Position numbers and translations under genes: made by a program. From Candidatus Methylomirabilia bacterium (GTDB taxonomy: Bacteria; Methylomirabilota; Methylomirabilia; Rokubacteriales; CSP1-6), in contig JBGQEL010000025.1 in assembly GCA_041496385.1 (NCBI GenBank), forward strand, positions 1-45,579: a DNA stretch of 45,579 nt, read 5' to 3'. The notes beneath the pieces are model-generated. The model was not told the origin of the DNA, did no database searches, and worked only from the letters and a program-made list of their open reading frames with translations. Shown one piece after another: positions 36,027 to 45,459 of this stretch (its first letter is position 1; each line of letters begins with the position of its first letter).

Positions 36027-37871
36027 CTACGCTCCCGCGTACATGCCGTCGATCAGCGCCTTGTATTTCCGGTTCACGAAGGCGCGCTTCAGCTTCATGG
36101 TTGGGGTCAGCTCCTCGTCCTCCGCGGTGAGGACCTGCTCGATGAGCCGGAAGGTCTTCACCGTCTCGACCCTGGCGAGCTGCCGGTTCACCTGCTCGAC
36201 CTCGGCCGCGATGAGGTCCTGCACCTCCTTCGCGCGGCAGAGCGAGGCGAAGTCGGTGAACGGGACGTTCCCCTCCTGCGCGAACTGCGCCACGGTCTCG
36301 TGGTCGATCATGACCAGGCAGGACAGGAACTTCCGCTGGTCGCCGATCACGACCGCGTCGGAGATGTACGGCGAGAACTTGAGCAAGTTCTCGATCTCCG
36401 ACGGCGTGATGTTCTTGCCGCCCGCGGTGATGATGATGTCCTTCATCCGGTCGGTGATCTTGACGAAGCCCTCGTCGTCCATGGCGCCCACGTCGCCGGT
36501 GTGCAGCCAGCCGTCGACGACCGTCTCGGCGGTCTTCTCGGGATTGTCGTGGTAGCCGAGGAAGACGTGCGGTCCCCGGAGGAGGATCTCGCCCTGCGGC
36601 GAGAGCCGTACCTCGGTGTCCGGCCGGGCGATGCCGACGGTGCCGAGCCGGATGCGGTCGGCCGGCATCGCGGTCGCCAGGCCGCAGTTCTCCGTCTGCC
36701 CGTAGACCTCGCGCAGGTCGAGGCCGAGCGCCATGTACCACTTGATGAGCTCGGGCGCGATCGGCGCGGCGCCGGTCGCGACGCCGCGGGCCCGGTGCAG
36801 TCCCATCGACCGCCTCAGATTGTCGAGCACCAGGAAGTCCGCCGCGCGATAGAGCAGCCGGAGCCCGAGGCCCGGCGCCACCCCGGCGATCCGCCGCTCC
36901 GCCACGCGCGTGCCGATCCGGATCGCCCAGTGGTAGGCGAGCTTGCCGGGCAGCGTGGCGTCGCGCATGCGCAGGGCGACCGCGGAGTAGAAGCGCTCCC
37001 AGATCCGCGGCACCGCGAAGAACAGCGCCGGCGCCACCTCGCGGATGTTCTCCGGCACCGTCTCGATGCTCTCCGCGAAGTTGACGGTCGCGCCGGATCG
37101 CAGCGGATTGAAGACGGTGAACGTCCGCTCGGCGATGTGGCAGAGCGGCAGGAACGAGAGCTGCTGGTCGCCCTCGCGCAGGTCGATGATGACGTCCGAG
37201 TAGTCGAGCTGGAACAGGATGTTGCGGTGGCTCAGCATCGCCCCCTTGGGTGGCCCGGTCGTGCCCGAGGTGTAGACCAGGATCGCCAGGTCGTTCGGCC
37301 GGGCGATCTCGACCATGCGGTCGAAGGCGCCGGGATGCTCGCGGTCGTGGGCGGCGCCCAGCTCGAGCAGCGCGTCGAACGACATCACCCGGTCGTCGGC
37401 GAAGCCGTGCAGCCCCTCCATGTCGTAGACGACGATCTTCACGAGGTGCCTGCAGCGGGCGCGGACCTCGAGAATCTTGTCGAGCTGCTCGTCGTTCTCG
37501 GCGAAGAAGAAGCGGGTGCCGCTGTCGTTGACGATGTACTCGACCTGGCGCGCCGAGTCGGTCGTGTAGACGCCGTTGGTCACGCCCCCGACCGACATCG
37601 TGCCCAGGTCGGTGTAGAGCCACTCGGGGCAGTTGTCGGCGAGGACGGAGACCACGTCCTTCGGCCGGAGGCCGAGCGCCACCAGGCCGAGCCCGACGCG
37701 CCGGGCCCGCTCGCCGTACTCACGCCAGCTGATGGCGCGCCAGATGCCCAGGTGCTTCTCGCGCATGGCCACCCGGTCGCCGCGCTCGCGGACCACGTGG
37801 CGAAAGAGCTTCGGCAGGGTGTCCTGCCCGTGCACGGTCCAGGCCCGATCGTCGGACGCCGTCAACGCCAC
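36027..37871 (-). CDS. Long-chain acyl-CoA synthetase (AMP-binding); start GTG 37871 or TTG 37865
   Basis: YTSGTTGPPKG, YGQTE, GWLHTGD, DRMKD..ITAGGKNI, LTPTMKLKR. Confidence 0.92.
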   Translation of the reverse strand: MALTASDDRAWTVHGQDTLPKLFRHVVRERGDRVAMREKHLGIWRAISWREYGERARRVGLGLVALGLRPKDVVSVLADNCPEWLYTDLGTMSVGGVTNGVYTTDSARQVEYIVNDSGTRFFFAENDEQLDKILEVRARCRHLVKIVVYDMEGLHGFADDRVMSFDALLELGAAHDREHPGAFDRMVEIARPNDLAILVYTSGTTGPPKGAMLSHRNILFQLDYSDVIIDLREGDQQLSFLPLCHIAERTFTVFNPLRSGATVNFAESIETVPENIREVAPALFFAVPRIWERFYSAVALRMRDATLPGKLAYHWAIRIGTRVAERRIAGVAPGLGLRLLYRAADFLVLDNLRRSMGLHRARGVATGAAPIAPELIKWYMALGLDLREVYGQTENCGLATAMPADRIRLGTVGIARPDTEVRLSPQGEILLRGPHVFLGYHDNPEKTAETVVDGWLHTGDVGAMDDEGFVKITDRMKDIIITAGGKNITPSEIENLLKFSPYISDAVVIGDQRKFLSCLVMIDHETVAQFAQEGNVPFTDFASLCRAKEVQDLIAAEVEQVNRQLARVETVKTFRLIEQVLTAEDEELTPTMKLKRAFVNRKYKALIDGMYAGA

Positions 37872-38635
37872 GTCTTCTTCCTCTTCCAGCGCCGCGTGCC
37901 GCGGACGCTGCTCTCCTTCAGGCCGAGGTAAAACTCCTTGATGTCGTCCTTCTCGAGGAGCCGCGCGCACGCGCCCTCCATGACGATGCGCCCGACCTCC
38001 AGCACGTAGCCGTAGTCGGCGGTGTGCAGCGCCATGTTGGCGTTCTGCTCCACCAGGAGCACGGTGACTCCGCGCTCCCGGTTGATCCGGACGATGATCT
38101 CGAAGATCTCCTTCACGAGCTTCGGCGACAGGCCGAGAGACGGCTCGTCCAGCAGCATCATCTTCGGCCGCGCCATCACCGCGCGGCTGATCGACAGCAT
38201 CTGCTGCTCGCCCCCGGACAGCTGGCCCGCGCGCTGCTCGGCCCGCTCCTTGAGCACCGGGAAGTAGCCGTAGACCATCTCGAGATCATGCGCGACGCCG
38301 TCGGCGTCCTTCCGGGTGTAGGCACCCATTCTCAGGTTTTCGCGGACGGACAGGAAGGGAAATACCTCGCGCCCCTCCGGCACGTGGCTCAGGCCGAGGC
38401 GCACCACGCGGTCCGGATCGAGCCGTTGGATCTCCCGGCCGTCGAAGGTCACCGTGCCCTTCTGCGGGTCCATCACGCCGGACACGGTCTTCAGAATCGT
38501 GGTCTTGCCGGCGCCGTTGGCGCCGAGGATGGTGACGATGGCGCCCGCCGGCACCGCGAAGCTGATCCCGCGGATCGCCATGATGGGCCCGTAGTAGGTC
38601 TCGAGGTTACTAACCGTGAGCAGCGCCTCGCCCAT
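37862..38635 (-). CDS. livF: ABC ATPase (LivF-like)
   Basis: GANGAGKT, VPEGREVF, LSGGEQQM, WKRKKTWR tail. Confidence 0.92.
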   Translation of the reverse strand: MGEALLTVSNLETYYGPIMAIRGISFAVPAGAIVTILGANGAGKTTILKTVSGVMDPQKGTVTFDGREIQRLDPDRVVRLGLSHVPEGREVFPFLSVRENLRMGAYTRKDADGVAHDLEMVYGYFPVLKERAEQRAGQLSGGEQQMLSISRAVMARPKMMLLDEPSLGLSPKLVKEIFEIIVRINRERGVTVLLVEQNANMALHTADYGYVLEVGRIVMEGACARLLEKDDIKEFYLGLKESSVRGTRRWKRKKTWR

Positions 38636-38639
38636 GCCG

Positions 38640-39398
38640 TCAGCCCCCGAGATACGCCTTGACCACGTCGGGATGCGCCTGCACCTCGCGGGCCGAGCCC
38701 AGCGCGATCGGCCGGCCGTAGTTCAGCGCCAGCACGCGGTCGGACACCGCGCTGACCAGGCTCATGTCGTGCTCGACCATGAGCACGGTGATCCCGAGCA
38801 GACTCTTGACGTCCTTGATCCAGAACGCCATGTCCTCGGTCTCCTCGACGCTCAGGCCGGAGGACGGCTCGTCGAGCAGCAGGAGCTTCGGCTCGGTGCA
38901 GAGCGCGCGCGCCATCTCCACGACCTTGCGGGCGCCGTAGGGCAGGTTGACGATCAGGCTGTCGCGATACGGTTGCAGGTCCAGGAGATCGATCACCTTC
39001 TCGACCGCCTCGCGGTGCTCGAGCTCGAGCGCGCGGACCCGGGGCAGGAACAGGAGCTCCTCGAAGAAGCGCGAGCGCTTGTGCGCGTGGCGGCCGAGCA
39101 GCAGGTTCTGCAGCACGGTCGCGTGCTCGAACAGCTCGATGTTCTGGAACGTCCGGGCGATGCCCCGCCGCGCGATCTCGTGCGGCGCCACGCGGGTGAT
39201 CTCCTCGTCGAGGAAGATCAGCCGGCCCTGGGTCGCGTCGTAGATGCGCGAGACGAGATTGAAGATGGTGGTCTTGCCGGCGCCGTTCGGACCGATGATC
39301 GTGAACACCTGCCCCGGCTCGACCTCGAAGCTCACGCCGTCGACCGCCATGATGCCGCCGAAGTTGATGGCGAGGTCCTCCGCCTTGAAGAAGGTCAT
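38640..39398 (-). CDS. livG: ABC ATPase (LivG-like)
   Basis: GPNGAGKT, RTFQNI, LPYG, LLLDEP, VEHDM. Confidence 0.92.
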   Translation of the reverse strand: MTFFKAEDLAINFGGIMAVDGVSFEVEPGQVFTIIGPNGAGKTTIFNLVSRIYDATQGRLIFLDEEITRVAPHEIARRGIARTFQNIELFEHATVLQNLLLGRHAHKRSRFFEELLFLPRVRALELEHREAVEKVIDLLDLQPYRDSLIVNLPYGARKVVEMARALCTEPKLLLLDEPSSGLSVEETEDMAFWIKDVKSLLGITVLMVEHDMSLVSAVSDRVLALNYGRPIALGSAREVQAHPDVVKAYLGG

Positions 39399-40537
39399 CG
39401 CAGGCGCTCCGACCGCATGTACGACTTCTGGCGCCGGAAGGTCGCCCGCTTGTAGAGCGGGAACATCGAGAAGTACAGCCGGAGCTTCAGCCAGCGGCCG
39501 TAGATGCCGAGCGGCTCGAACAGGATGAACAGGACGAGGACCAGACCGAAGACGCCGGGCTCCAGCCCGGGCTGCTTCGCGAAGCGGTCGACCGCGAGGG
39601 ATACCGCGTTGCCGGCGTCGCCACCGAACAACGAGGCGGCGCCGCCGGCCCAGTGCGGCACGGAGTCACGCGCCTCCGAGATGAGCACCGGCAGCATCGC
39701 GACGAAGACGGCGCCGAAGAGCGCCCCGTGCAGGCTCCCGAGGCCGCCGACCACCACCATCAACAGAAACTGGATCGAAAGCAGCACGGTGAAGATGTCG
39801 GGGGCGAGGTAGCCGATCTTGTGCGCGAAGAGCGCCCCGGCGACGCCCATGAGGCCGGCCGAGTACGCGAACGCGAGCGTCTTGTACGCGGCGAGGTTGA
39901 CCCCCATCGACTGCGCGGCGATCTCGCTGTCCCGGATCGCGACCCAGGCCCGGCCCGTCGGCGAGCGCAGCAGGTTGCGCGTGAGCCAGAGGCCGCCCAT
40001 GAGGACCGCGAGGCAGAGGAAGTAGAAGGCCTCGTTGCCGCCGAACGAGACGCCGAAGATGACGGGCTTCGCGACCGCCTTGCCCTTGAGGCCGCCGGTG
40101 ACGGATTCCCACCGCGTCAGCGCCTCCTGGATGATCAGGGCGAAGGCGAGCGTCGCGATCGTCAGGTAGACACCGATCATGCGCAGCGCCGGCAGGCCGA
40201 CCAGCACGCCGGCGGCCGCGGTCACGGCCGAGGCCAGCGCCACGGAGACCACCCAGGGCAGCCCCAGGTCCTGCGTGAAATACACGTGGGCGTAGGCGCC
40301 GATCCCGAGGAAGGCGGCGTGGCCGAGGCTCACGAGGCCCGTGTAGCCCGCGAGCACCATGAGCGAGAGGCCGCAGAGCCCGTAGATGAAGACCAGGCTG
40401 ATGTCGACGACATAGTCCCGCACCAGGAACGGCAGCACGAGCAGGCCGGCGAGCAGGACCAGGTACCAGTTGCGCTGGAAGCCGTCGCGGAAGAGCCGGA
40501 GGTCCTGCGCGTAGGTGGTCTTGAAGGTGAAGCGCAT
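39395..40537 (-). CDS. livM: LivM-like permease
   Basis: GYTGLVSLGHAAFLGIGAY, AIRDSEIAA, VVGGLGS. Confidence 0.9.
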   Translation of the reverse strand: MRFTFKTTYAQDLRLFRDGFQRNWYLVLLAGLLVLPFLVRDYVVDISLVFIYGLCGLSLMVLAGYTGLVSLGHAAFLGIGAYAHVYFTQDLGLPWVVSVALASAVTAAAGVLVGLPALRMIGVYLTIATLAFALIIQEALTRWESVTGGLKGKAVAKPVIFGVSFGGNEAFYFLCLAVLMGGLWLTRNLLRSPTGRAWVAIRDSEIAAQSMGVNLAAYKTLAFAYSAGLMGVAGALFAHKIGYLAPDIFTVLLSIQFLLMVVVGGLGSLHGALFGAVFVAMLPVLISEARDSVPHWAGGAASLFGGDAGNAVSLAVDRFAKQPGLEPGVFGLVLVLFILFEPLGIYGRWLKLRLYFSMFPLYKRATFRRQKSYMRSERLR

Positions 40538-40543
40538 CGCGCC

Positions 40544-41416
40544 TCAGACCTTCTTCCGGCCCACGGTCCCGAACATGCCTTGCGGCCGGACCGCGAGGAC
40601 GACCAGCAGCACCACGTAGGCCGCGACGTCCTTGAAGCCCTGCGGCAGGTAGGCGCCCGAGAGCAGCTCGATGAGGCCGATCGTGAGGCCGCCGGCGAGC
40701 GCGCCCGGGAACGAGCCGAAGCCGCCCAGGACGGCGGCGGCGAAGGCCTTGAGCCCGATGAAGCCGATGTTGACGTCGATCAGCGAGACCGGCGCCAGGA
40801 GCACGCCGGCGATGGTGGCGACGCCCGCGGAGATCGCCCAGATCAGCGAGAACACCAGCTTCACCGGGATGCCCATGTAGTAGGCGGCGAGCTGGTTCTG
40901 GGAGGCGGCCTGCATCGCCACGCCGACCCGCGTGTGGGTGAAGAAGACGTACAGCACCGCGCAGAGGAGCACGGTGCCGACGATGATCGAGACGTACTCG
41001 TGGCTGACGCTGACGCCGCCGATCCGCGTCGCCCGCGCGCTGAACGGCGTGGGCAGGGTGTAGATCTCCGAGCCCCAGGTGATCGAGGCGAAGCTCCGGA
41101 ACATCGCGCCCAGGCCGATCGTCAGCATCACCACGGCGAACTGCGGCTGGCCGATGACCCGGCGCAGGACCACGCGGTCCAGCACGGCGCCGAACAGCGC
41201 GACGAACAGGATGGCCAGGGCGAACGCCGCCCAGTAGCCGACGTGGTACCAGACGACGAACATGTAGCAGACGAACGCACCCAGCATCATGAGGTCGCCC
41301 TGGGCGAAGTTCACGAGCTCGGTCGCCTTGTAGATGAGCACGAAGCCGAGGGCCACCAGCCCGTAGATGCAGCCGACGGCGAGGCCGTTGAGCACGAGCT
41401 GCAGGATGATGTCCAG
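40544..41416 (-). CDS. livH: LivH-like permease; probable CTG start at 41416
   Basis: GCIYGLVALGFVLIYKAT..VNFAQG; GGAGG lies 6 nt before an in-frame CTG that gives (M)DIILQLVLNG. Confidence 0.88.
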   Translation of the reverse strand: MDIILQLVLNGLAVGCIYGLVALGFVLIYKATELVNFAQGDLMMLGAFVCYMFVVWYHVGYWAAFALAILFVALFGAVLDRVVLRRVIGQPQFAVVMLTIGLGAMFRSFASITWGSEIYTLPTPFSARATRIGGVSVSHEYVSIIVGTVLLCAVLYVFFTHTRVGVAMQAASQNQLAAYYMGIPVKLVFSLIWAISAGVATIAGVLLAPVSLIDVNIGFIGLKAFAAAVLGGFGSFPGALAGGLTIGLIELLSGAYLPQGFKDVAAYVVLLVVLAVRPQGMFGTVGRKKV

Positions 41417-41454
41417 GGCCGCCCTCCCCTCGACCGTCGGCGCGCCGCGCTACG

Positions 41455-43401
41455 TCACCTCGTGAAGAAGAACTGCTCGGCGCGGGCGTTGCCCGGGCTC
41501 CGGAGGGGCCAGTCGTTGCCCAGCGTGGGCGGCACGTTGCGGAAGCGCGTGTTGGCGACGACGACGCCCTGCACCATCGGCGTCAGCCCCACGGTCCCGA
41601 TCTCGAACACGTTGTCCGCCCAGATGCGGAAGATCTCCTGCGCGGCCTTCGCCTGCTGCTCGGGGCCGACGGTGCGCGCCGTGTCGACGAGCTCCATGAT
41701 GCGCTTGATCGTCGCCGGCGGCTCCATGCCTTCCTTGCCCTTGGTCTGGGCCCACTGGCCGAAGAGCGGCCCGAGCGTCAGGATGGGCGAGTTGCGTGGG
41801 TCGACCTTGGCGTTGCCGGTGAAGGGGAACGCCGTGGTGTCCTCGTTCCACATCTCCGTCTGCAGCTCGTTGGCGTCGCGCATCTTGAAGTGCAGCGCGC
41901 GCTCGCGGATCTGCACCACGATCTTCACGCCGACCTTCTCCCAGTCCTTCGCGACGAGCTGCGCCACGTCCGGCCAGGCGGCGAACGCCGGCACCACGCT
42001 CAGCTCGATCGTCGCGGGCTTGCCGTTCCGCATGAGCCGGATGCCCTGGGCGTCGCGCCTGGTGAGGCCGAGCACGTCGAGCATCTTGTTGGCCTCGTCG
42101 GGCTTGTACTGCGTGTACTTCTTCGCCCACTCGTCGCCCGGGAAGTACGGGTGCCACGGCGCGGGCACGCCCTGGCGCGCCTCGCCCAGCCCGAGGAAGA
42201 CCGACTCGCGGATCTGGTCGCGGTTGACCGCGTAGGAGAGCGCGACGCGGAACTCCTTCGACGCGAGGAGCCGGGCGAGCTCCGGGTCGGCCTTGTAGGA
42301 CAGGTTGAACGCGATCACGGCGTCCGAGCCGCCGAAGGTCGGCCAGGTGATGACCCGGTACTTGCCGGTCTTCTCGTTCTCCTTGAAGACCGGGTAGTTC
42401 GTCATCTGGATGTGCCGCTCCTGCATGTCCAGCTCGCCGGCGATCGCGGCCAGGTTGAGCGCCTGGACGTCGGCGAAGAACGTGAAGCGGACCTCGTCGA
42501 GGTACGGCAGCTGGTGGCCCTCGGGATCGACGCCGACGAAGTAGGGATTGCGGCGGAGCGTGAACACCTGGTCGCTGACCCGCGTCGCCGGCGCCCAGGC
42601 CGCCATCGTCGGGCGCTCCGGGTTCTCGGGCGGCGCGTTGCGCGCGGCGAACAGCTCGGTCCACGTCTTGAAGCCGGCCGCCTGCACCAGCTTCTCGACG
42701 TCCTCCTTCTTCGCGTACGCGGGATGGAACTTCTTCAGGTAGTGCGCCGGCAGGAAGGCCGCGTAGGTCCGGTCGCCGCCATCCTGGTTGGCGAGCGCGA
42801 CCAGGAAGAGCGTCGCGGGCTGCTTGTAGGTGAACCGCACGGCGTAGGCGTCCACCTTCTCGACCGAGGCCGGCGTGCCGTCGCCGTTCCGCATCCACGC
42901 GGGCACCACGGGCGTCAGATCCTTGTTCAGAACCACGTCCTTGTACCAGAACAGGATGTCGTCGGCCGTGAACGGGGCGCCGTCGGACCAGCGGGCGCCC
43001 TTCCGCAGCTTGATGGTCCACGTCTTGAAATCCTTCGACGAGTCCCAGCCGGCCGCGATCTTCGGCTCGATCTTGGCGCCGTCGGGCGAGAAGCGCACGA
43101 GCGCGTCGTAGACGACCCGCACGTAGTTGTTGGAATCGGCGGGGCCGAGGAAGCCGCGCCGCCAGACGCCGCCGTACTGCCCGGCGCGCTCGACGACGGG
43201 CACGACGAGCGGGTTCTCGGGCAGACGCTTCTCCACCGGCGGCAGCTTGCCCGCCTTGACCTGCTCCGCGAGCGCGGGCGCCTCCTTGAACCGGGTCGGC
43301 TGCGCCACGGCGGGCGTGCTCACCAGCGGTCCCAGCATCGCGAGCGCACTCAGCAGCGCGCCGACGGCCGTCGGCGCGGTTCGAGCTCTGCGGGCATTCA
43401 T
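41455..43401 (-). CDS. Family 5 (Opp/Dpp-type) ABC substrate-binding protein
   Basis: AGGAGG RBS; GKLPPVEKRLP, GQYGG, LRKG.RWSDG.PFTADD, RNPYF..D..G.QLPY.D. Confidence 0.9.
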   Translation of the reverse strand: MNARRARTAPTAVGALLSALAMLGPLVSTPAVAQPTRFKEAPALAEQVKAGKLPPVEKRLPENPLVVPVVERAGQYGGVWRRGFLGPADSNNYVRVVYDALVRFSPDGAKIEPKIAAGWDSSKDFKTWTIKLRKGARWSDGAPFTADDILFWYKDVVLNKDLTPVVPAWMRNGDGTPASVEKVDAYAVRFTYKQPATLFLVALANQDGGDRTYAAFLPAHYLKKFHPAYAKKEDVEKLVQAAGFKTWTELFAARNAPPENPERPTMAAWAPATRVSDQVFTLRRNPYFVGVDPEGHQLPYLDEVRFTFFADVQALNLAAIAGELDMQERHIQMTNYPVFKENEKTGKYRVITWPTFGGSDAVIAFNLSYKADPELARLLASKEFRVALSYAVNRDQIRESVFLGLGEARQGVPAPWHPYFPGDEWAKKYTQYKPDEANKMLDVLGLTRRDAQGIRLMRNGKPATIELSVVPAFAAWPDVAQLVAKDWEKVGVKIVVQIRERALHFKMRDANELQTEMWNEDTTAFPFTGNAKVDPRNSPILTLGPLFGQWAQTKGKEGMEPPATIKRIMELVDTARTVGPEQQAKAAQEIFRIWADNVFEIGTVGLTPMVQGVVVANTRFRNVPPTLGNDWPLRSPGNARAEQFFFTR

Positions 43402-43498
43402 CTCGGTCCCTCCTGCATCTCGGTCTCTCCTGTGGGGTCGGGGGCGTCGTCGCCCGGGCACCGCTCGGCGCGGCGGACGCGCGTCGGGGGCCGAGCGG

Positions 43499-43527
43499 AG
43501 TCTAGGCGGAGTCGCGAAAGCGGTCAA
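43499..43527 (-). promoter_or_regulatory. Sigma70-like promoter of the family-5 SBP
   Basis: TTGACC-N17-TAGACT. Confidence 0.6.
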
Positions 43528-43549
43528 GCGCCGGGGCGGCGCGGCGCCG

Positions 43550-44461
43550 TCAGCGTCCGCCGTTCAGGACCATCGCGATGCTGAGCCCGAGGAGACCGAG
43601 GCCCACCACTTCGGCGCGCGAGGGCCGCTCGCGGAAGGCGTAGAGCGAGATCAGAAGCGTGAAGACCAGCTCCACCAGGCCCAGCGTGCGCACGTAGGCC
43701 GCGATCTGCAGCGTGAAGGCGGTGAACCAGCCCGCCGAGCCGAGGGCCGAGGCGGCGCCGACGAGCGCCCCGGCGGACGCGTGATCGAAGACGCGCCGCA
43801 GCTCGCCGCGTTCCCGCAGCGCCAGATACGCGCCCATGATCACCGTCTGCGTCGCGGTCGCGACGACGAGGGTGAAGGCCGCCGCCACGAAGGGGCTCGG
43901 ATGCCCGAGCGACACCGAGGCGCCGCGGAAGCCCACCGCGGCGATGCCGAACAGGCCGCCGGCCGCGAGACCGAGCAGCGCCGTCGGCTCCGACCAGCCC
44001 GCGAGGAACGCCCGCAGCGGCCGCTGGGTCCGGACGAGCGACATCAGCATGACCGCGAAGGTCGCGAGCGCGATGCCGAATCCGCCGAGCCACGTGAGCA
44101 CGGCGCCGAGGAAGACGACCTCGAACAGCGCGGCCTGCACGACCTCGGTCTTCGCGTACGCCACGCCCGTCGCGAAGTTCCGCGCCGCCATGACGTGGAT
44201 CTGGAGCGAGGTGGCGACGATCTGGCTGACGGCCGCCACCAGGACCCAGGCCCAGAAGCGGGCGCCCGGCGCCGGCAGGCGCCCGACGCCTCCCGCGACG
44301 AGCGCCGTGAGGTAGACGATCGCGAACGGCAGGCCGAAGACGAAGCGCGTGAAGCCCGCGCCGTTGGTCGAGAGCCGGCCCTTCAGGTGCCGCTGCAGCC
44401 CGGTGCGGGCCGCCTGCGACGCCGCCGCGACGAGCGTGATGGGGATCCAGGCGAGGGCCAT
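43550..44461 (-). CDS. DMT/EamA-family transporter
   Basis: Multiple hydrophobic segments; RFVFGLPF, RNFATGVAYAKTE, VRTLG.VE. Confidence 0.85.
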   Translation of the reverse strand: MALAWIPITLVAAASQAARTGLQRHLKGRLSTNGAGFTRFVFGLPFAIVYLTALVAGGVGRLPAPGARFWAWVLVAAVSQIVATSLQIHVMAARNFATGVAYAKTEVVQAALFEVVFLGAVLTWLGGFGIALATFAVMLMSLVRTQRPLRAFLAGWSEPTALLGLAAGGLFGIAAVGFRGASVSLGHPSPFVAAAFTLVVATATQTVIMGAYLALRERGELRRVFDHASAGALVGAASALGSAGWFTAFTLQIAAYVRTLGLVELVFTLLISLYAFRERPSRAEVVGLGLLGLSIAMVLNGGR

Positions 44462-44535
44462 GAGCGCCCACTCTGCCGTCTCGTGGCCGGTCGCGTCCAG
44501 TGAAACGTTCTGGTCGGACTGGTAAGATGCGCTTC

Positions 44536-45459
44536 ATGATCGAGCCCTCGCTCTTCCAGGCGCTCCTCAGCCTCCAGACCGTGGCGCGCACCGGCTCCGT
44601 CGGCGCCGCCGCCCGCGCCCGCCACCGGACGTCCTCGGCCATCAGCCAGCAGATCCGGCGGCTCGAGTCGCACCTCGGCGTCACGCTGCTCGAGCGCGCC
44701 GGCCGCGGCGTGCGCCTGACGCCCGCCGGCGAGGCGGCGCTGCCCGCGATCCGCCGGCTGTGGACCGAGGCGGAGACGCTGTTCGGGCATCTGGCGACGC
44801 TCACGGGACAGCCGGTGACGACCGTCCGCGTGGCGGTGAGCGACTACCTCGGGAAGAGCCTGCTCGTCCCCGTGCTGCGCGAGCTGCTCGACGCGCGCGT
44901 CCCCGTGCGCTTCGAGATCGTGACCACGCACTCGCCGGACGCGATCGCCCGCGTGGCGCGCGGCGACATCGAGTTCGGCGTGGCGAGCGCGATCGCGGTG
45001 CCCGCCCCCCTCGAGGCGCGCCACCTGTTCGACCAGGCCTTCGTCTGGGTCGGGCCGCGGCGGGCCCGGGCCCGGCGCGAGCCGCTCCTCGCGCGCCTGG
45101 CCCGCGAGCCGCTGCTGCGCCTCGGCGCGGAAAGTCACGGGCGGCGCCTGCTGGACGAGTTCCTCGAGCGGCGGCGCGTCCGGCCCGTGTCCACGATCGA
45201 CGTGACGAGCGTCTCGCTGATGCTCGCCTACATCACGGGGGGCATCGGCATCGGCCTCGTTCCGGCGCTCGCCCTCCGCGACGTCGCGCGCGAGCGGCTG
45301 CGGATCGAGGCCGCGGACGTGACGCCGCTGCCGGTCAAGCTCGTGAGCCGCCCGGCCGCGCGGCGCAACCCGGTCGCGCTCCGGTTCGCCACGGCCCTCG
45401 AGGCCGAGGGGCGCCGCGCGGCCGTCAGCCTCCGCAGCCTGGCGCGGACGCGCGCCTAG
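44536..45459 (+). CDS. LysR-family transcriptional regulator (start ATG 44536 or 44527)
   Basis: GSVGAAA..TSSAISQQIRRLE..LG..LLER.GR.VRLTPAG HTH; divergent from the DMT gene. Confidence 0.92.
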   Translation: MIEPSLFQALLSLQTVARTGSVGAAARARHRTSSAISQQIRRLESHLGVTLLERAGRGVRLTPAGEAALPAIRRLWTEAETLFGHLATLTGQPVTTVRVAVSDYLGKSLLVPVLRELLDARVPVRFEIVTTHSPDAIARVARGDIEFGVASAIAVPAPLEARHLFDQAFVWVGPRRARARREPLLARLAREPLLRLGAESHGRRLLDEFLERRRVRPVSTIDVTSVSLMLAYITGGIGIGLVPALALRDVARERLRIEAADVTPLPVKLVSRPAARRNPVALRFATALEAEGRRAAVSLRSLARTRA

